From the IMG/VR virus record IMGVR_UViG_3300045988_164504: DNA of 32,030 bases. One strand, 5' to 3'. Made by a program: the position numbers and the translations under genes. This document shows positions 15,647 through 26,427 of the stretch, in pieces. Numbering within the stretch: the first letter of the stretch is position 1; each line of letters starts with the position of its first letter. This DNA is from a virus. The notes under the pieces are model-generated. The model did not search any database. It had not been told where the DNA came from and saw only the letters and a program-made list of their open reading frames with translations.

Positions 15647-16854
15647 AAAACAATGAGTTAAAAAAGTATGCTGAAATGAAAGCAGACAAGCAAAAAGAAA
15701 TGACTGATTTAGTCGAAAAAGTAAAAGGTGAAGAAAGAGCAATGACACCAGAAGAAGATGAATTGTTCAATCAACTTGAAAAAGATATCCAAGCAATTAA
15801 TGATACAGTTGCTAAGATAAATAAAAGTCGCCAACTAACAGAAGAAGATGGTGCAAGTAAAAATGATGAAAAGGAGGAAAAAAATATGTCAGAAGAAGAA
15901 AGAGCAATGGAAATTGAACAAAGAGATATTGAAGATTTTGCCAAATATATTAGAGGTGAATTCGTAGAACAAAGAGCAGATGGTGATTTTGGTAAAGGTA
16001 AAGCAGGAGCAGTAATCCCTACTACAATTGCAAATAAAATTATCATGACTGCTTATAATATGAGTCCAATCCTAGAAAAATGTACACCATACAACACAAA
16101 GGGTAAATTATCAATTCCTGTTTATGGTAAAGATAGCAAAGGTAATGATATTACAGTATCTTATGCAGAAGATTTTACTGATTTAGTTGAAAAAGCAGGA
16201 GCAATAACTTCTGCTGATTTAGACGATTATTTAATTGGTGCATTAGCAAAATTAGGTAATTCATTAATTAATAATACTGATATTGATTTAGTTAATATGG
16301 TAATAAATATTATTGCTGAATATGTAAAAATCTTCTTAGAAGGACAAATTTTAAATGGTTCTGACAAAATAACTGGATGTAAAGATATTACTAGAATTCA
16401 TGAAGTTGCAACAGCAGTTATCACTTATGATGATTTAGTAAAATTAAAGAATAAAGTTATTCAATCATTTAGAAAAGGTTCTATTTGGGTAATGAACCAA
16501 GATACTGAAACTGCTATTGAATTAATTAAAGATGCAAATGATAATCCTATCTTTGTTGCAGACCCAACTGGTGAATTTGATGGTAAAGTCTTAGGATACC
16601 CTGTTTATGTTTCTGATAATATGGCAGGTATTGAAGCAGGAAAAAGACCTATAATTTTTGGTAATTTTAGTGGTATTGCTTTAAAGAAATCAAAAGACTT
16701 AGAATTACAAATTCTTAAAGAAAAATATGCTACTCAACATGCTACTGGTATCGTTGCATGGTTAGAAGCAGATGCAAAAGTTGAACATCTTCAAAAATTA
16801 TCAGCATTAGATATAAAATCAGCAACAACACCATCTAATCCATCAAAAAAATAA
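15643..16854 (+). CDS. Major capsid protein (HK97 fold) with N-terminal coiled-coil delta/scaffold domain
   Basis: 403 aa. About 100 aa of charged coiled coil, then a capsid-like body. Positioned after the protease. Strong AAGGAGG. Confidence 0.85.
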   Translation: MKNNELKKYAEMKADKQKEMTDLVEKVKGEERAMTPEEDELFNQLEKDIQAINDTVAKINKSRQLTEEDGASKNDEKEEKNMSEEERAMEIEQRDIEDFAKYIRGEFVEQRADGDFGKGKAGAVIPTTIANKIIMTAYNMSPILEKCTPYNTKGKLSIPVYGKDSKGNDITVSYAEDFTDLVEKAGAITSADLDDYLIGALAKLGNSLINNTDIDLVNMVINIIAEYVKIFLEGQILNGSDKITGCKDITRIHEVATAVITYDDLVKLKNKVIQSFRKGSIWVMNQDTETAIELIKDANDNPIFVADPTGEFDGKVLGYPVYVSDNMAGIEAGKRPIIFGNFSGIALKKSKDLELQILKEKYATQHATGIVAWLEADAKVEHLQKLSALDIKSATTPSNPSKK

Positions 16855-17243
16855 TGTATATTGTTTTAAAAAGTTTTGCTGGTAAGGAATATTCAGGTAC
16901 AAAGGGTAAACTAATTGAAATTAAAGACAAAGATTTTGCTAAGTCTTTAATCAAGGCTGGTTTTATCGCTGAATATAGTAAGCAAGATAAAAAAAATGCA
17001 GATAAGGATAAAGAAATTGTTGAATTAAAATCAACAATTTCTAAACTTACTGATGAAAATACAAAATTAGAAGAAGAAAAAGCAGAATTGATTTTAAAAG
17101 TTCAAGAACTAGAAAATGCCTCTGCCGATGCTTCTACTGATGATACTGAAAATAATGGAAATGGTACAGATGGTGCTACTGAAAACCATAGCGAAAATGA
17201 AGATGATAATAAAGATACCAATAAAGCATCTAACAATAAGTAA
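16854..17243 (+). CDS. Hypothetical head-module protein (coiled coil plus acidic, Asn-rich tail)
   Basis: 129 aa. Overlapping ATG/TAA junction with the capsid gene. Confidence 0.5.
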   Translation: MYIVLKSFAGKEYSGTKGKLIEIKDKDFAKSLIKAGFIAEYSKQDKKNADKDKEIVELKSTISKLTDENTKLEEEKAELILKVQELENASADASTDDTENNGNGTDGATENHSENEDDNKDTNKASNNK

Positions 17244-17286
17244 TTAATTTGTTGTTCGGGCTAAACTTCCAAAAGGAGGAAACAAT

Positions 17287-17580
17287 ATGATTACTAAGGT
17301 TAGTGAAATTACTGTTGAAGATTTAAAGACTTATCTTAGGATAAGTGATGACTTATCAGATGATGATAAAAAATTCCTAAAAACGATTTTAAATAGTTCA
17401 ATAAACTATATAAAAAATAATACTGGTATTGATGATGTGGATAAATATAGTGATTTAGTTATAGTTGTCTTTGTATTATGTCAAGATATGTATGATAATA
17501 GAACTTTATATGTTGATAAAAACAATGTAAATAAAGTTGTTTCGTCTATTTTAGGGCAACATGATAATAACCTTTTATGA
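17287..17580 (+). CDS. Head-tail connector (gp6-like)
   Basis: 97 aa. ITVEDLKTYLRISDDLSDDD ... pattern, plus synteny. Confidence 0.65.
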   Translation: MITKVSEITVEDLKTYLRISDDLSDDDKKFLKTILNSSINYIKNNTGIDDVDKYSDLVIVVFVLCQDMYDNRTLYVDKNNVNKVVSSILGQHDNNLL

Positions 17581-17903
17581 TAAATGCAGGTAAGTATAAT
17601 AAAAAGATAGAAATACTTGGAATTAAACCTGCAAAGGATAAAGGTGGCTTTAAAAAAGATGAAGAATATATTGTATTAAAAACTTATGCATCTATAAAAA
17701 CAACTAGGGGTTATACCCTTATTCAAAATGATAGTGATTTTGAAAAAGCATATACAAATTTTACTATAAGATATCCACAGGTTAATATTAGTAGAGATAT
17801 GATTATTAAATATAATTCAAAAACTTATACAATTGAATATTTAAATGATATTGATGAAAAACATATTGAATTAGAAATTCAAGCAAAACTGGTTAATAAA
17901 TAA
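17577..17903 (+). CDS. Head closure / head-tail adaptor protein
   Basis: 108 aa. GKYNKKIEI ... TIRY ... KTYTIEY pattern, plus synteny. Confidence 0.6.
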   Translation: MINAGKYNKKIEILGIKPAKDKGGFKKDEEYIVLKTYASIKTTRGYTLIQNDSDFEKAYTNFTIRYPQVNISRDMIIKYNSKTYTIEYLNDIDEKHIELEIQAKLVNK

Positions 17904-18316
17904 TGGCAAAGTTTAAAGCAGAATTACCGATTGATATAATTCAATCTTTTGAAAAGTTGGAGTCTAGTTGTCAAGAGATGATTGGTGAAATGACTAAGGC
18001 AGGAGCAGAAACTGTATATAAAAAGGCAGTTGTAAATATGAGAAAATCATTTAAACATTCTGCTGATTTAGAAAAGTGTTTAAAGATTACAAAGACTTAT
18101 AAAACACCATCTGATGGTGGTGTAAATACTAAAATAGGTATTTATGGATATTTACGAGGTGATAAGTCTAAACCTGCACCTTTAATTGCCAATTCAAGAG
18201 AACACGGAAATTCAAGAGGCGAAAAAAGGAAACCTTTTTTCAAAAAATCTTTTGTAAAAAGTGATATTGAAAGAGAAATGATTAGGGTTCAAGATAAATA
18301 TTTACCAAAGGGGTGA
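17903..18316 (+). CDS. Tail-completion protein (HK97 gp10-like)
   Basis: 137 aa. Call rests on synteny. Confidence 0.45.
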   Translation: MAKFKAELPIDIIQSFEKLESSCQEMIGEMTKAGAETVYKKAVVNMRKSFKHSADLEKCLKITKTYKTPSDGGVNTKIGIYGYLRGDKSKPAPLIANSREHGNSRGEKRKPFFKKSFVKSDIEREMIRVQDKYLPKG

Positions 18317-18322
18317 TAAATT

Positions 18323-18667
18323 ATGAATGAAGAAATAGAAGAAATTTTTCAAGGAAAAATAACTGTTGATAAAAAGGATATTCCAATAAGTTTTATGGAA
18401 TATACAGGCAATAGTATTGATTATATAGTTTATTACAATGATGGTGATACTCCTTGTTATAGTGAGGATGATGAAGTTGTTTATAGTAAAAATGAATTAG
18501 AATTTAATATATATACAAAAGGGAATTATTTAAATATAGTTAAGGAATTAAAGAAAATATTAAAAAGTCATAATTACGACTGGTTAGGTGATGAGGGTGA
18601 TTTGTATGAAACAGATACCAAATATCACCATTTTGTTGTAACATTTGAAAAATTAAGGAGGATATGA
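18323..18667 (+). CDS. Tail-completion / tail terminator candidate
   Basis: 114 aa. Synteny only. Confidence 0.4.
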   Translation: MNEEIEEIFQGKITVDKKDIPISFMEYTGNSIDYIVYYNDGDTPCYSEDDEVVYSKNELEFNIYTKGNYLNIVKELKKILKSHNYDWLGDEGDLYETDTKYHHFVVTFEKLRRI

Positions 18668-18668
18668 T

Positions 18669-19343
18669 ATGGCAAGAATAGGTTTAAAGAATTTTAGATA
18701 TTCTGAATTAGATGAAAACGAAAATGTTATTGCACCTAAATCGCTTGGTAAAGCAATAGATTGTAAGGTTTCATTGGAATTAAATAGTGCAGAATTATAT
18801 GGCGATGATGCACTAGCAGAAAGTGATTATACATTCAATAAAGGAAGTGTAACAATTTCTATTGATGATGATGATGATAAAGTATTAGCACCATTATTAG
18901 GACACACTATTAGTGAAGAATATGTTGCTACTACTGATAAAACACCAACATCAAGCAAAACATATTATACTAAATCAGGTAGTGAATATACTAAGTTTAC
19001 AGGTTCTACTTTTACGACAGGTACAACTTATTATGAAAAAAGCACTACATTTGGTGAAGTAATTAGAAAAGATACAGATGTAGCACCTTATGTTGCATTT
19101 GGTAGAATTTTAACTAAAATTGTTAATGGTGTCTATAAGTATAAAGTAGAATTCTTATCAAAGGTTAAATTCAAAGATACTATGCCTGATGAAAAAACAA
19201 AAGGTGAGTCAATTGAATTCACTACAATTTCAATAGAGGGAACTGTAATGAAAAAAGCCAATGGTGAGTGGTCTAGGGCTAAAACATTTGCTACTTATGA
19301 AGAAGCGAGTGAATACTTAGATAGTTTATTAACAAAAAAATAG
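18669..19343 (+). CDS. Major tail protein
   Basis: 224 aa. MARIGLKNFRYSEL N-terminus typical of phi13-type tail tube proteins. Followed by a strong terminator. Confidence 0.7.
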   Translation: MARIGLKNFRYSELDENENVIAPKSLGKAIDCKVSLELNSAELYGDDALAESDYTFNKGSVTISIDDDDDKVLAPLLGHTISEEYVATTDKTPTSSKTYYTKSGSEYTKFTGSTFTTGTTYYEKSTTFGEVIRKDTDVAPYVAFGRILTKIVNGVYKYKVEFLSKVKFKDTMPDEKTKGESIEFTTISIEGTVMKKANGEWSRAKTFATYEEASEYLDSLLTKK

Positions 19344-19410
19344 TCAAAAATTTTAATAAAGAAAACTTATAAATCTTTTCGAAGAAACAGTGAAAAAATC
19401 TGATAGAAGA

Positions 19411-19455
19411 AAGGGTAAAGAACTAGAAATTAATCTGGTCTTTACCCTTTTTTAT
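19411..19455 (+). terminator. Intrinsic terminator after the major tail gene
   Basis: AAGGGTAAAGA-N17-TCTTTACCCTT (11-bp stem), then TTTTATTTT. Confidence 0.7.
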
Positions 19456-19483
19456 TTTATTTATATTTAGAAAGGGTGAGATT

Positions 19484-19843
19484 ATGAAAGAAAAAGAAGC
19501 AGTTTTTTCTGTAAATGGTAAAGAATATAAAGCAGTTTTTAACCTAAATGTTATGCAAGAAATTCAAATTGAATATGAAACATTTGCAAGATGGGGTGAA
19601 TTAACTGATGGAAAAGGTGAAAAGGGCGAAGTTGATATAAAGGCTTTAATATTTGGAATTAAAGCAATGTTAAATGAAGCGATTGATATTGAAAATGAAA
19701 CTTTAACAGATAATAAAAAGCCATATTTAACTGAAAAGCAAGTTGGTAGATTAATTACAGAAATGGGATTAAAAGAAGCCACTCAAAAATTAAATTCAAC
19801 AGTTATTAACTCAACTAAGGATGATAAACCAAAAAACGAGTAA
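19484..19843 (+). CDS. Tail assembly chaperone (G-like, short product)
   Basis: 119 aa. Lies between the major tail and tape measure genes. Ends just after the slippery heptamer. Confidence 0.75.
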   Translation: MKEKEAVFSVNGKEYKAVFNLNVMQEIQIEYETFARWGELTDGKGEKGEVDIKALIFGIKAMLNEAIDIENETLTDNKKPYLTEKQVGRLITEMGLKEATQKLNSTVINSTKDDKPKNE

Positions 19844-20058
19844 TCCACGAGGAAGATGAAAACGAAAAAATAGATTTCTCGTGGTTTTCATTTATTGGTG
19901 TTAATAAGTTGGGTTTTAGTGAAAAGGAAGTATTTAGAATGACATTAAGAAAATTCAATATGTTGTGGGAAAAATACAAATTTTATTTTGATTTAGAAAA
20001 AAATTCAACTTATAGAGAAATGGAAAAAGCCCAAGCAGAAGAAGATGAATGGTTATAG
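19484..20058 (+). CDS. Tail assembly chaperone, -1 frameshift fusion product (GT-like)
   Basis: A_AAA_AAC at 19831..19837 in the zero frame. The -1 frame is open from 19834 to TAG 20056..20058 with no start codon of its own. Stem CCACGAGGAA/TTTCTCGTGG begins 8 nt downstream. Confidence 0.7.
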
Positions 20059-20073
20059 GAGGGAGGTAAAACT

Positions 20074-22542
20074 ATGGCAGGTTCATTTGGTGGAACAGTA
20101 AAATTAACTGGTGAAAGTGAATATGCAAGTGCATTAAAGAATATTAATAGCAATTTAAAAGCAGTTAGTAGTGAATTAAAACTTGTTTCAACAGAATTTA
20201 CTAATAATGGTAATAAAATAGGCGATTTACGAAGCAAAAATGATGCACTTAATAAGAAACTTCAAGAAGAACAAAATGTTGTTAAAACTTGTTCTGATGC
20301 CATTAAAGATTTTACTGAACAACAATCAAAAAACAAAAATCAAATTGATAAATTAAGAAGTTCATTAGATATAGAAAAAACTACATTAGATAAAATGAAA
20401 AATAGCACAACTGCAACAAGTGAAGAAATATCCAAACAAGAAAAAATTGTTGCAGATTTATCAAAAGAATTATCTAAATCTGAAAGTGCTTATGATAGCA
20501 ATAGTAGGAAAATAAATGATTATAAAGTTAAATTGAATGATGCAAAAACTCAATGTAGTGATTTATCAAAAGAAATTCAAGATAATAATAATATATTATC
20601 AAAAACAAAAGATAATTTTAAAGATAATGCAAAGTCTGTTAAGGATTTTGCAACGGAAGAAGAAAAAGCAGGTAATAATACTCTAATATTAGGGGATTTG
20701 ATAAAAGGTAACTTAATAAGTGAGGGTATTATAGCAGGTATTAAAGGTTTAGCAGGAGCAATGAAAACAGTTGGTTCTGCTTTATTAGATATTGGGAAAT
20801 CTGCTATTGATAGTTATGCTAATTATGAGCAGTTAATAGGTGGCGTTGAAACATTATTTAAAGATAGTGCAGGTATTGTTGAGGGCTATGCTAATAATGC
20901 TTATAAAACTGCTGGTTTATCTGCAAATGATTATATGGAAACAGTAACATCATTTTCTGCAAGTCTATTACAGAGTTTAAATAATGATACTGCTAAAAGT
21001 GCAGAAGTTGCTGATATGGCAATTACGGATATGTCTGACAATGCAAATAAAATGGGTACAGATATGTCTATGATACAAAGTGCATATCAAGGATTTGCTA
21101 AGCAAAATTATACCATGTTAGATAATCTTAAATTAGGTTATGGTGGTACTAAGTCTGAGATGGAAAGATTATTAAAAGATGCACAAAAAATTAGTGGTGT
21201 TAAGTACGATATTTCCAATTTAAGTGATGTTTATAATGCAATTCATGTAATTCAAGGTGAATTGGGTATCACAGGTACGACTGCCAAAGAAGCAAGTACA
21301 ACAATACAAGGGTCAGTTGCTTCAATGAAATCTGCATGGAGCAATTTATTAACAGGGGTTGCCGATGACAATGCAGATTGGGGAACTTTGGTTAATAATT
21401 TTGTTGATAGTGTAGTAACTGCTGGTGATAATTTATTACCTAGAATAGAAATAGCAGTCGAGGGAATAGGTCTTTTAATTACTGATGGATTAGCATTATT
21501 GCTTCAAAATGTAGTTCCAATGGGAATGCAACTTATTCAGAATTTAATTACTGGTATGGCTAATCAATTACCTGATATTATACCAAGTATAAATGGTGCA
21601 ATGGGTATGATTATAAATGGAATTGTTGCGATGTTGCCACAAATTTTACAAATGGGAATTCAAATAATAGTATCCTTAGTACAAGGAATAGCACAATCAT
21701 TACCTACCTTAATTCCACAAATGGTTGATGCAGTTGTTACTATGGTAGATACATTATTAGATAATATTGATTTAATCATAGATGCAGGTATTCAATTATT
21801 AATTGGATTAGCAGATGGATTAATTGAGGCATTGCCAAAATTAATTGATAGAATTCCTGAAATAATAGATAAATTAGTTCAAGCAATTACTAATAATTTG
21901 CCAAAAATAATTGAAGCAGGTATTGAACTTACTGTTAAATTAGCATGGGGTATCGTTAAAGCAATACCACAATTAGTTTCTAAAATTCCACAAATAATTA
22001 GTTCATTAGTATCAGGTATTGCAAGTTATTATTCAAAAATGTGGAATATAGGTAAGGAATTACTTGGAAAAGTAAAAGATGGTATTACTAATGGAATATC
22101 AGGAATGTTAGATGTTGGAAAAAATTTAGTAAAAGGTTTATGGAATGGTATAAATAATGCCAAAGATTGGGTTTTAAATAAGATTAAAGGCTTTGGAAAA
22201 AGTATTGTTAATGGTATTAAAGGTATTTTTGGAATTCACAGTCCATCTACTGTATTTAGAGATGAAATTGGTGTTAATTTAGCCAAAGGTATAGGTGTAG
22301 GTTTTGAAGATGAAATGGGTAATGTAAATGATACCATTCAAAAATCTTTACCTACTGATTTAGATGTTTCACCAAATTTAAATTTAAATAGTAATACAAC
22401 AGGTAATTATGGAATTAGTGATAACTATTCTTCCTTAGTAAATGCATTACAGGATGCATTGGATGGTATGTCATTCAAAGTAGATGGTGATAAATTTGGT
22501 GAATTAGTAGTTGATAAGGTAGAAAGGGTGATTTATTCATGA
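20074..22542 (+). CDS. Tape measure protein
   Basis: 822 aa. N-terminal coiled coil. Long Gly/Ile/Leu-rich repeats (LPxIIxxI...). Position fits. Confidence 0.9.
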   Translation: MAGSFGGTVKLTGESEYASALKNINSNLKAVSSELKLVSTEFTNNGNKIGDLRSKNDALNKKLQEEQNVVKTCSDAIKDFTEQQSKNKNQIDKLRSSLDIEKTTLDKMKNSTTATSEEISKQEKIVADLSKELSKSESAYDSNSRKINDYKVKLNDAKTQCSDLSKEIQDNNNILSKTKDNFKDNAKSVKDFATEEEKAGNNTLILGDLIKGNLISEGIIAGIKGLAGAMKTVGSALLDIGKSAIDSYANYEQLIGGVETLFKDSAGIVEGYANNAYKTAGLSANDYMETVTSFSASLLQSLNNDTAKSAEVADMAITDMSDNANKMGTDMSMIQSAYQGFAKQNYTMLDNLKLGYGGTKSEMERLLKDAQKISGVKYDISNLSDVYNAIHVIQGELGITGTTAKEASTTIQGSVASMKSAWSNLLTGVADDNADWGTLVNNFVDSVVTAGDNLLPRIEIAVEGIGLLITDGLALLLQNVVPMGMQLIQNLITGMANQLPDIIPSINGAMGMIINGIVAMLPQILQMGIQIIVSLVQGIAQSLPTLIPQMVDAVVTMVDTLLDNIDLIIDAGIQLLIGLADGLIEALPKLIDRIPEIIDKLVQAITNNLPKIIEAGIELTVKLAWGIVKAIPQLVSKIPQIISSLVSGIASYYSKMWNIGKELLGKVKDGITNGISGMLDVGKNLVKGLWNGINNAKDWVLNKIKGFGKSIVNGIKGIFGIHSPSTVFRDEIGVNLAKGIGVGFEDEMGNVNDTIQKSLPTDLDVSPNLNLNSNTTGNYGISDNYSSLVNALQDALDGMSFKVDGDKFGELVVDKVERVIYS

Positions 22543-23231
22543 GTTATATAATTTGGAAAAATAGACATAGTGATGATGTAAAAGGATTATTGATAAGTGA
22601 GTTATCACCTATTTCTAAGCCTAAAATGAGAACAACAACAACTGAAATTGATGGAAAAGATGGCGATGTTGTTGAATATTTAGGATATAAAAGTTATACA
22701 AAAACAATTTCAATTGGTTTAACTAAAAATTATGATATAGATGAAATTATCAATTATTTTAACGGAAGTGGTAAGTTGATATTATCAAATGAACCTGATA
22801 AATACTATAATGCACAAATAATTGATAGTATTGATTATAATAGATTAATCAATTTTAAAAAGGCAAGTGTAAAATTTTATGTTCAACCATTTAAATATTT
22901 ATTAAATGAAGCACCATTTGTTTTAAATATTACTAATGAAACCTCATTAAAAGTATCAAATAGAGGATATGAACAATCTAAACCAATAATCACATTGTAT
23001 GGAACAGGTACAATTCAATTATTAGTAAATGGAAACCAAATTTTTTCAGTAGATATGGTTGATGATTATATAACTATTGACTCTGAACAGGAAGAAGCAT
23101 ATCATGGACTAATTTTAAAAAACAGACAAATGACAGGCGATTTTCCAAAATTAAATTCAGGTATAAACATTATTAGTTGGGTTGGTAATTTAACAAAAAT
23201 AGAAGTCAATCCTAGAAGTAGGTGGTTATAA
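22539..23231 (+). CDS. Distal tail protein (Dit)
   Basis: 230 aa. Immediately follows the tape measure gene. Confidence 0.65.
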   Translation: MSYIIWKNRHSDDVKGLLISELSPISKPKMRTTTTEIDGKDGDVVEYLGYKSYTKTISIGLTKNYDIDEIINYFNGSGKLILSNEPDKYYNAQIIDSIDYNRLINFKKASVKFYVQPFKYLLNEAPFVLNITNETSLKVSNRGYEQSKPIITLYGTGTIQLLVNGNQIFSVDMVDDYITIDSEQEEAYHGLILKNRQMTGDFPKLNSGINIISWVGNLTKIEVNPRSRWL

Positions 23232-24883
23232 TGATTAGTGTATATCCATCAACAGAAAAACACTTTGCTAATAATGGATTGAAAGTTATGCATCCGTTAA
23301 AAGCAAAAGTTTATAAAGAAGATAATGGTGAATTTTATATTGATATTAAAGATACAATTGAAAATTTAGAATATTATGCAGAGGGAATGATAGTCAGGAC
23401 TGACACACCTTGGGGTAAACAATGTTTTAGATTAACTAATCCTGAAATTGATAAAGATAAAATAATCAGTAAGGGTTATCATTTATATTTTGATACAAAA
23501 AGATATGTGATTGTAGATAGTTATGTTGTTGATAAAAATTGTAATGATGCATTAGACCATTTGAATAATGCTTGTGATATTGAAACACCTTTTACTTTCA
23601 TTTCTGATATATCAACAATTAATTCATATAGATGTGTAAGACATACATTAGAAGAAGCAATTTCAGTCGTTATTGAACGATGGGGAGGGCATCTAATAAG
23701 AGATAATTATAATGTTGAAATAAGAGAAAATATTGGCGAAGATAGAGGTGTTGTCTTATCGTATGCCAAAAATATTAAAAGCATAAAAGCAACTGAAAAT
23801 TGGGATAATGTAGTAACTAAATTATTACCTGTTGGTAAAGATGGTTTATTATTACCAACTACATGGATAGAAGAAACTGGTTTATATGATATACCTTATA
23901 CAAAAGTTGTGAGTTTTAGTCAAGATGATATTTCAGAGGATGATTATAAAACTGCTGGTGTTTTGGATGAAGATGCTTATAAAACTGCTTTATTAAACGA
24001 TTTAGAAGCCCAAGCAAAAGAATATTTAAACACTTATAAAGTTCCACAAGTAAATTATACTTTAAGTGCTAATATTCAAAATGTATCTGATATAGGCGAT
24101 ACTATTCATGTAAAGCATCCTAAATGCAAAATTGATTTAATAACAAATGTTATTGCTATTGAATACGATTGTATATCAAAAGAATATACAAAAATAGAAT
24201 TCGGTAATTTTAAAAATAAATTAAATGATTTGATTAGTGATGTTTCATCACAAATAACTGAAACAGTAAGCAAAGAAAATACAAGTAATTATAATAAATT
24301 ACAATCAAAATTAGAAGATGCAACAAATAAAATAAATGATGCCATGAATTCATCTTATGTAGTTAATGATGATGGAAACCAAATGATGATTGTAGATAGA
24401 TTGCCAAAGGAAACTGCAAAAAATGTTATTAGAATAAATAGTGCAGGAATAGGTTTTAGTCAGAATGGTATTAATGGTGTATTTAAATCTGCATGGACTA
24501 TTGATGGTACATTAAATATGCAAAATATAAATGTAATAAACTTAATTGCTGATATGATTAAAGGTGGAACATTAAAACTTGGTTCAAATTTGAATGAAGC
24601 AGGTGTTATGGAATTATATGATGAAGCCAATAGGTTAATCTCTAAGTTTGATAAGACAGGATTAACCTTTTTTAACGATGATAAATCCTATATAAGAATA
24701 AATCCAGAAGTTGGTTTTGCTGGTTATAATTCAAATAATACAAAAACATTTTGGGCTGATAAAGATGAATTCCATCAAAAAAAATCAGTTGTAGAAGAAG
24801 AAATTACGATTGCATCTAAAATGCGAATTTTACCAATAAAAACGGATACCAACAATGGTATAGGGTTTATACCTGTTGTATAG
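23231..24883 (+). CDS. Tail-associated (Tal) / minor structural protein, N-terminal endopeptidase-tail type
   Basis: About 550 aa. The N-terminus MISVYPSTEKHFANNGLKVMHPLKAKV is typical of siphovirus Tal proteins. Confidence 0.65.
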   Translation: MISVYPSTEKHFANNGLKVMHPLKAKVYKEDNGEFYIDIKDTIENLEYYAEGMIVRTDTPWGKQCFRLTNPEIDKDKIISKGYHLYFDTKRYVIVDSYVVDKNCNDALDHLNNACDIETPFTFISDISTINSYRCVRHTLEEAISVVIERWGGHLIRDNYNVEIRENIGEDRGVVLSYAKNIKSIKATENWDNVVTKLLPVGKDGLLLPTTWIEETGLYDIPYTKVVSFSQDDISEDDYKTAGVLDEDAYKTALLNDLEAQAKEYLNTYKVPQVNYTLSANIQNVSDIGDTIHVKHPKCKIDLITNVIAIEYDCISKEYTKIEFGNFKNKLNDLISDVSSQITETVSKENTSNYNKLQSKLEDATNKINDAMNSSYVVNDDGNQMMIVDRLPKETAKNVIRINSAGIGFSQNGINGVFKSAWTIDGTLNMQNINVINLIADMIKGGTLKLGSNLNEAGVMELYDEANRLISKFDKTGLTFFNDDKSYIRINPEVGFAGYNSNNTKTFWADKDEFHQKKSVVEEEITIASKMRILPIKTDTNNGIGFIPVV

Positions 24884-24895
24884 GAGGTGAATTAA

Positions 24896-26413
24896 ATGGC
24901 AACAAGTGGTTCATTTGAAACAGGAAAATATGGTGGTGTAAGAGGGTTATATTTTTCTTGGTGGGTTAATAGTCAAAGTATTAGTGGAAATTATACTGAT
25001 ATTGGTTGGAATTTTGTCGGTTCAGGAAGTGGTTCAACTTGGTATTATACTTTAAATGGTTATTTAAATATAAATGGTGGTAGAGTATGGACACAAGGTT
25101 CGAGTAAAATTCAATTGTCTAGTGGTACTGTTGTAGCAAGTGGAACTACAAGAATTTATCATAATAACGATGGTACTAAATCTTTTAGTGCTGATGGTGG
25201 TGCTACTATTTATAATTATGGAACATGGCAAACTGGAAGTGGCAGTTGGGATTTACCAACCATTCCAAGACAGGCAAATGTTACAGGTGCATCAGATTTT
25301 ACAGATGAACAAAATCCAACCATAACTTTTAACAATGCTGGTGGTTTCAGAATAAATGCAAGGTTAGAATTTGGTGGTACTAGCATATCAAGAGATAATA
25401 TTCCAAATACAGGAAGTTATACATTTTCACTAACGGATGCTGAAAGAAATTTATTAAGAAGCAAATGTACAGGTAATTCAATGACTGTTAGACAAGTAAT
25501 TGGTACTTGTATATCAGGAACAACCGAAAGTTTTTGGAGTTGGCAAGACAAAACTATGAAAATTGTCAATGCTAATCCAACATTTAGTTCATCAAACATA
25601 TCATATCAAGATACTAACAGTATTATTACTGCTATCACAGGTAATAATAAACATATTGTTAGAAATTTATCTAATTTAAAAGTAAGTATTAGCAATGCAA
25701 CTGCAAAAAAATCTGCATCAATGTCAAAGTATGAACTGACATTTAATGGTGTTACAAAAACATTAACATCAGCAGGTACTGTTGATTTTGGCACAGTAAA
25801 CTTAGGTTCAAGTTCATCGGTAAGTGTAAAAGCAATTGATAGTCGAGGAAATAGTACAACTGCATCTTTATCAATAACGATATTAGATTGGCAACTTCCA
25901 ACTGCATCAATATCAGCAAAAAGAATAAATAATTATGAAGATGAAACAAAATTGACTGTTCAAGTTTCAATATCATCAGTTAATTCAAAAAATAGTATTC
26001 AATCTTTAAGATATAGATATAAAAAAACAACAGAAAGCAATTATTCGAATTATAAACCTATTTCTAATAATGAAACAAAGGAAGTCATTATTGATAAATT
26101 ATTTGTATGGGATTTTCAAGTAGAAATTAAAGATAAATTTGGAACTAAGACTTACAATTTTCAAGTTGCAAAAGGTATGCCAATTATGATGATAGATGTT
26201 GATTTGATTTCAGTAGGTATTAATTGCTTTCCTACAAAAGAAAATTCGCTTGAAGTAAATGGGTATGATTTTAATAATCTGCATCCTATAAATTCTATTA
26301 TAATTACTACTAATAACAATAATCCATCAAGTTCTGTAACAGGTACTTGGGAGTTGTTATCAACTCAATCATTAAATAATGTAACAATTTATTATTGGAA
26401 AAGAACTGCATAA
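24896..26413 (+). CDS. Tail fibre / baseplate structural protein (DUF859-like N-terminus)
   Basis: 505 aa. Gly/Ser/Thr/Asn-rich beta-type sequence. SGSFETGKYGG ... FSWWVNSQSISGNYT. Confidence 0.5.
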   Translation: MATSGSFETGKYGGVRGLYFSWWVNSQSISGNYTDIGWNFVGSGSGSTWYYTLNGYLNINGGRVWTQGSSKIQLSSGTVVASGTTRIYHNNDGTKSFSADGGATIYNYGTWQTGSGSWDLPTIPRQANVTGASDFTDEQNPTITFNNAGGFRINARLEFGGTSISRDNIPNTGSYTFSLTDAERNLLRSKCTGNSMTVRQVIGTCISGTTESFWSWQDKTMKIVNANPTFSSSNISYQDTNSIITAITGNNKHIVRNLSNLKVSISNATAKKSASMSKYELTFNGVTKTLTSAGTVDFGTVNLGSSSSVSVKAIDSRGNSTTASLSITILDWQLPTASISAKRINNYEDETKLTVQVSISSVNSKNSIQSLRYRYKKTTESNYSNYKPISNNETKEVIIDKLFVWDFQVEIKDKFGTKTYNFQVAKGMPIMMIDVDLISVGINCFPTKENSLEVNGYDFNNLHPINSIIITTNNNNPSSSVTGTWELLSTQSLNNVTIYYWKRTA

Positions 26414-26427
26414 AGGAGGAATGAGAT

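Noticed and set aside
7743-16046. Antisense ORFs 7743..7958, 12131..12319, 13506..13775, 13541..13732, 14944..15126, 15395..15748 and 15771..16046
   Set aside because: Same reasoning. They are nested opposite terL, portal, protease and capsid genes, with no RBS and a low-complexity hydrophobic composition.
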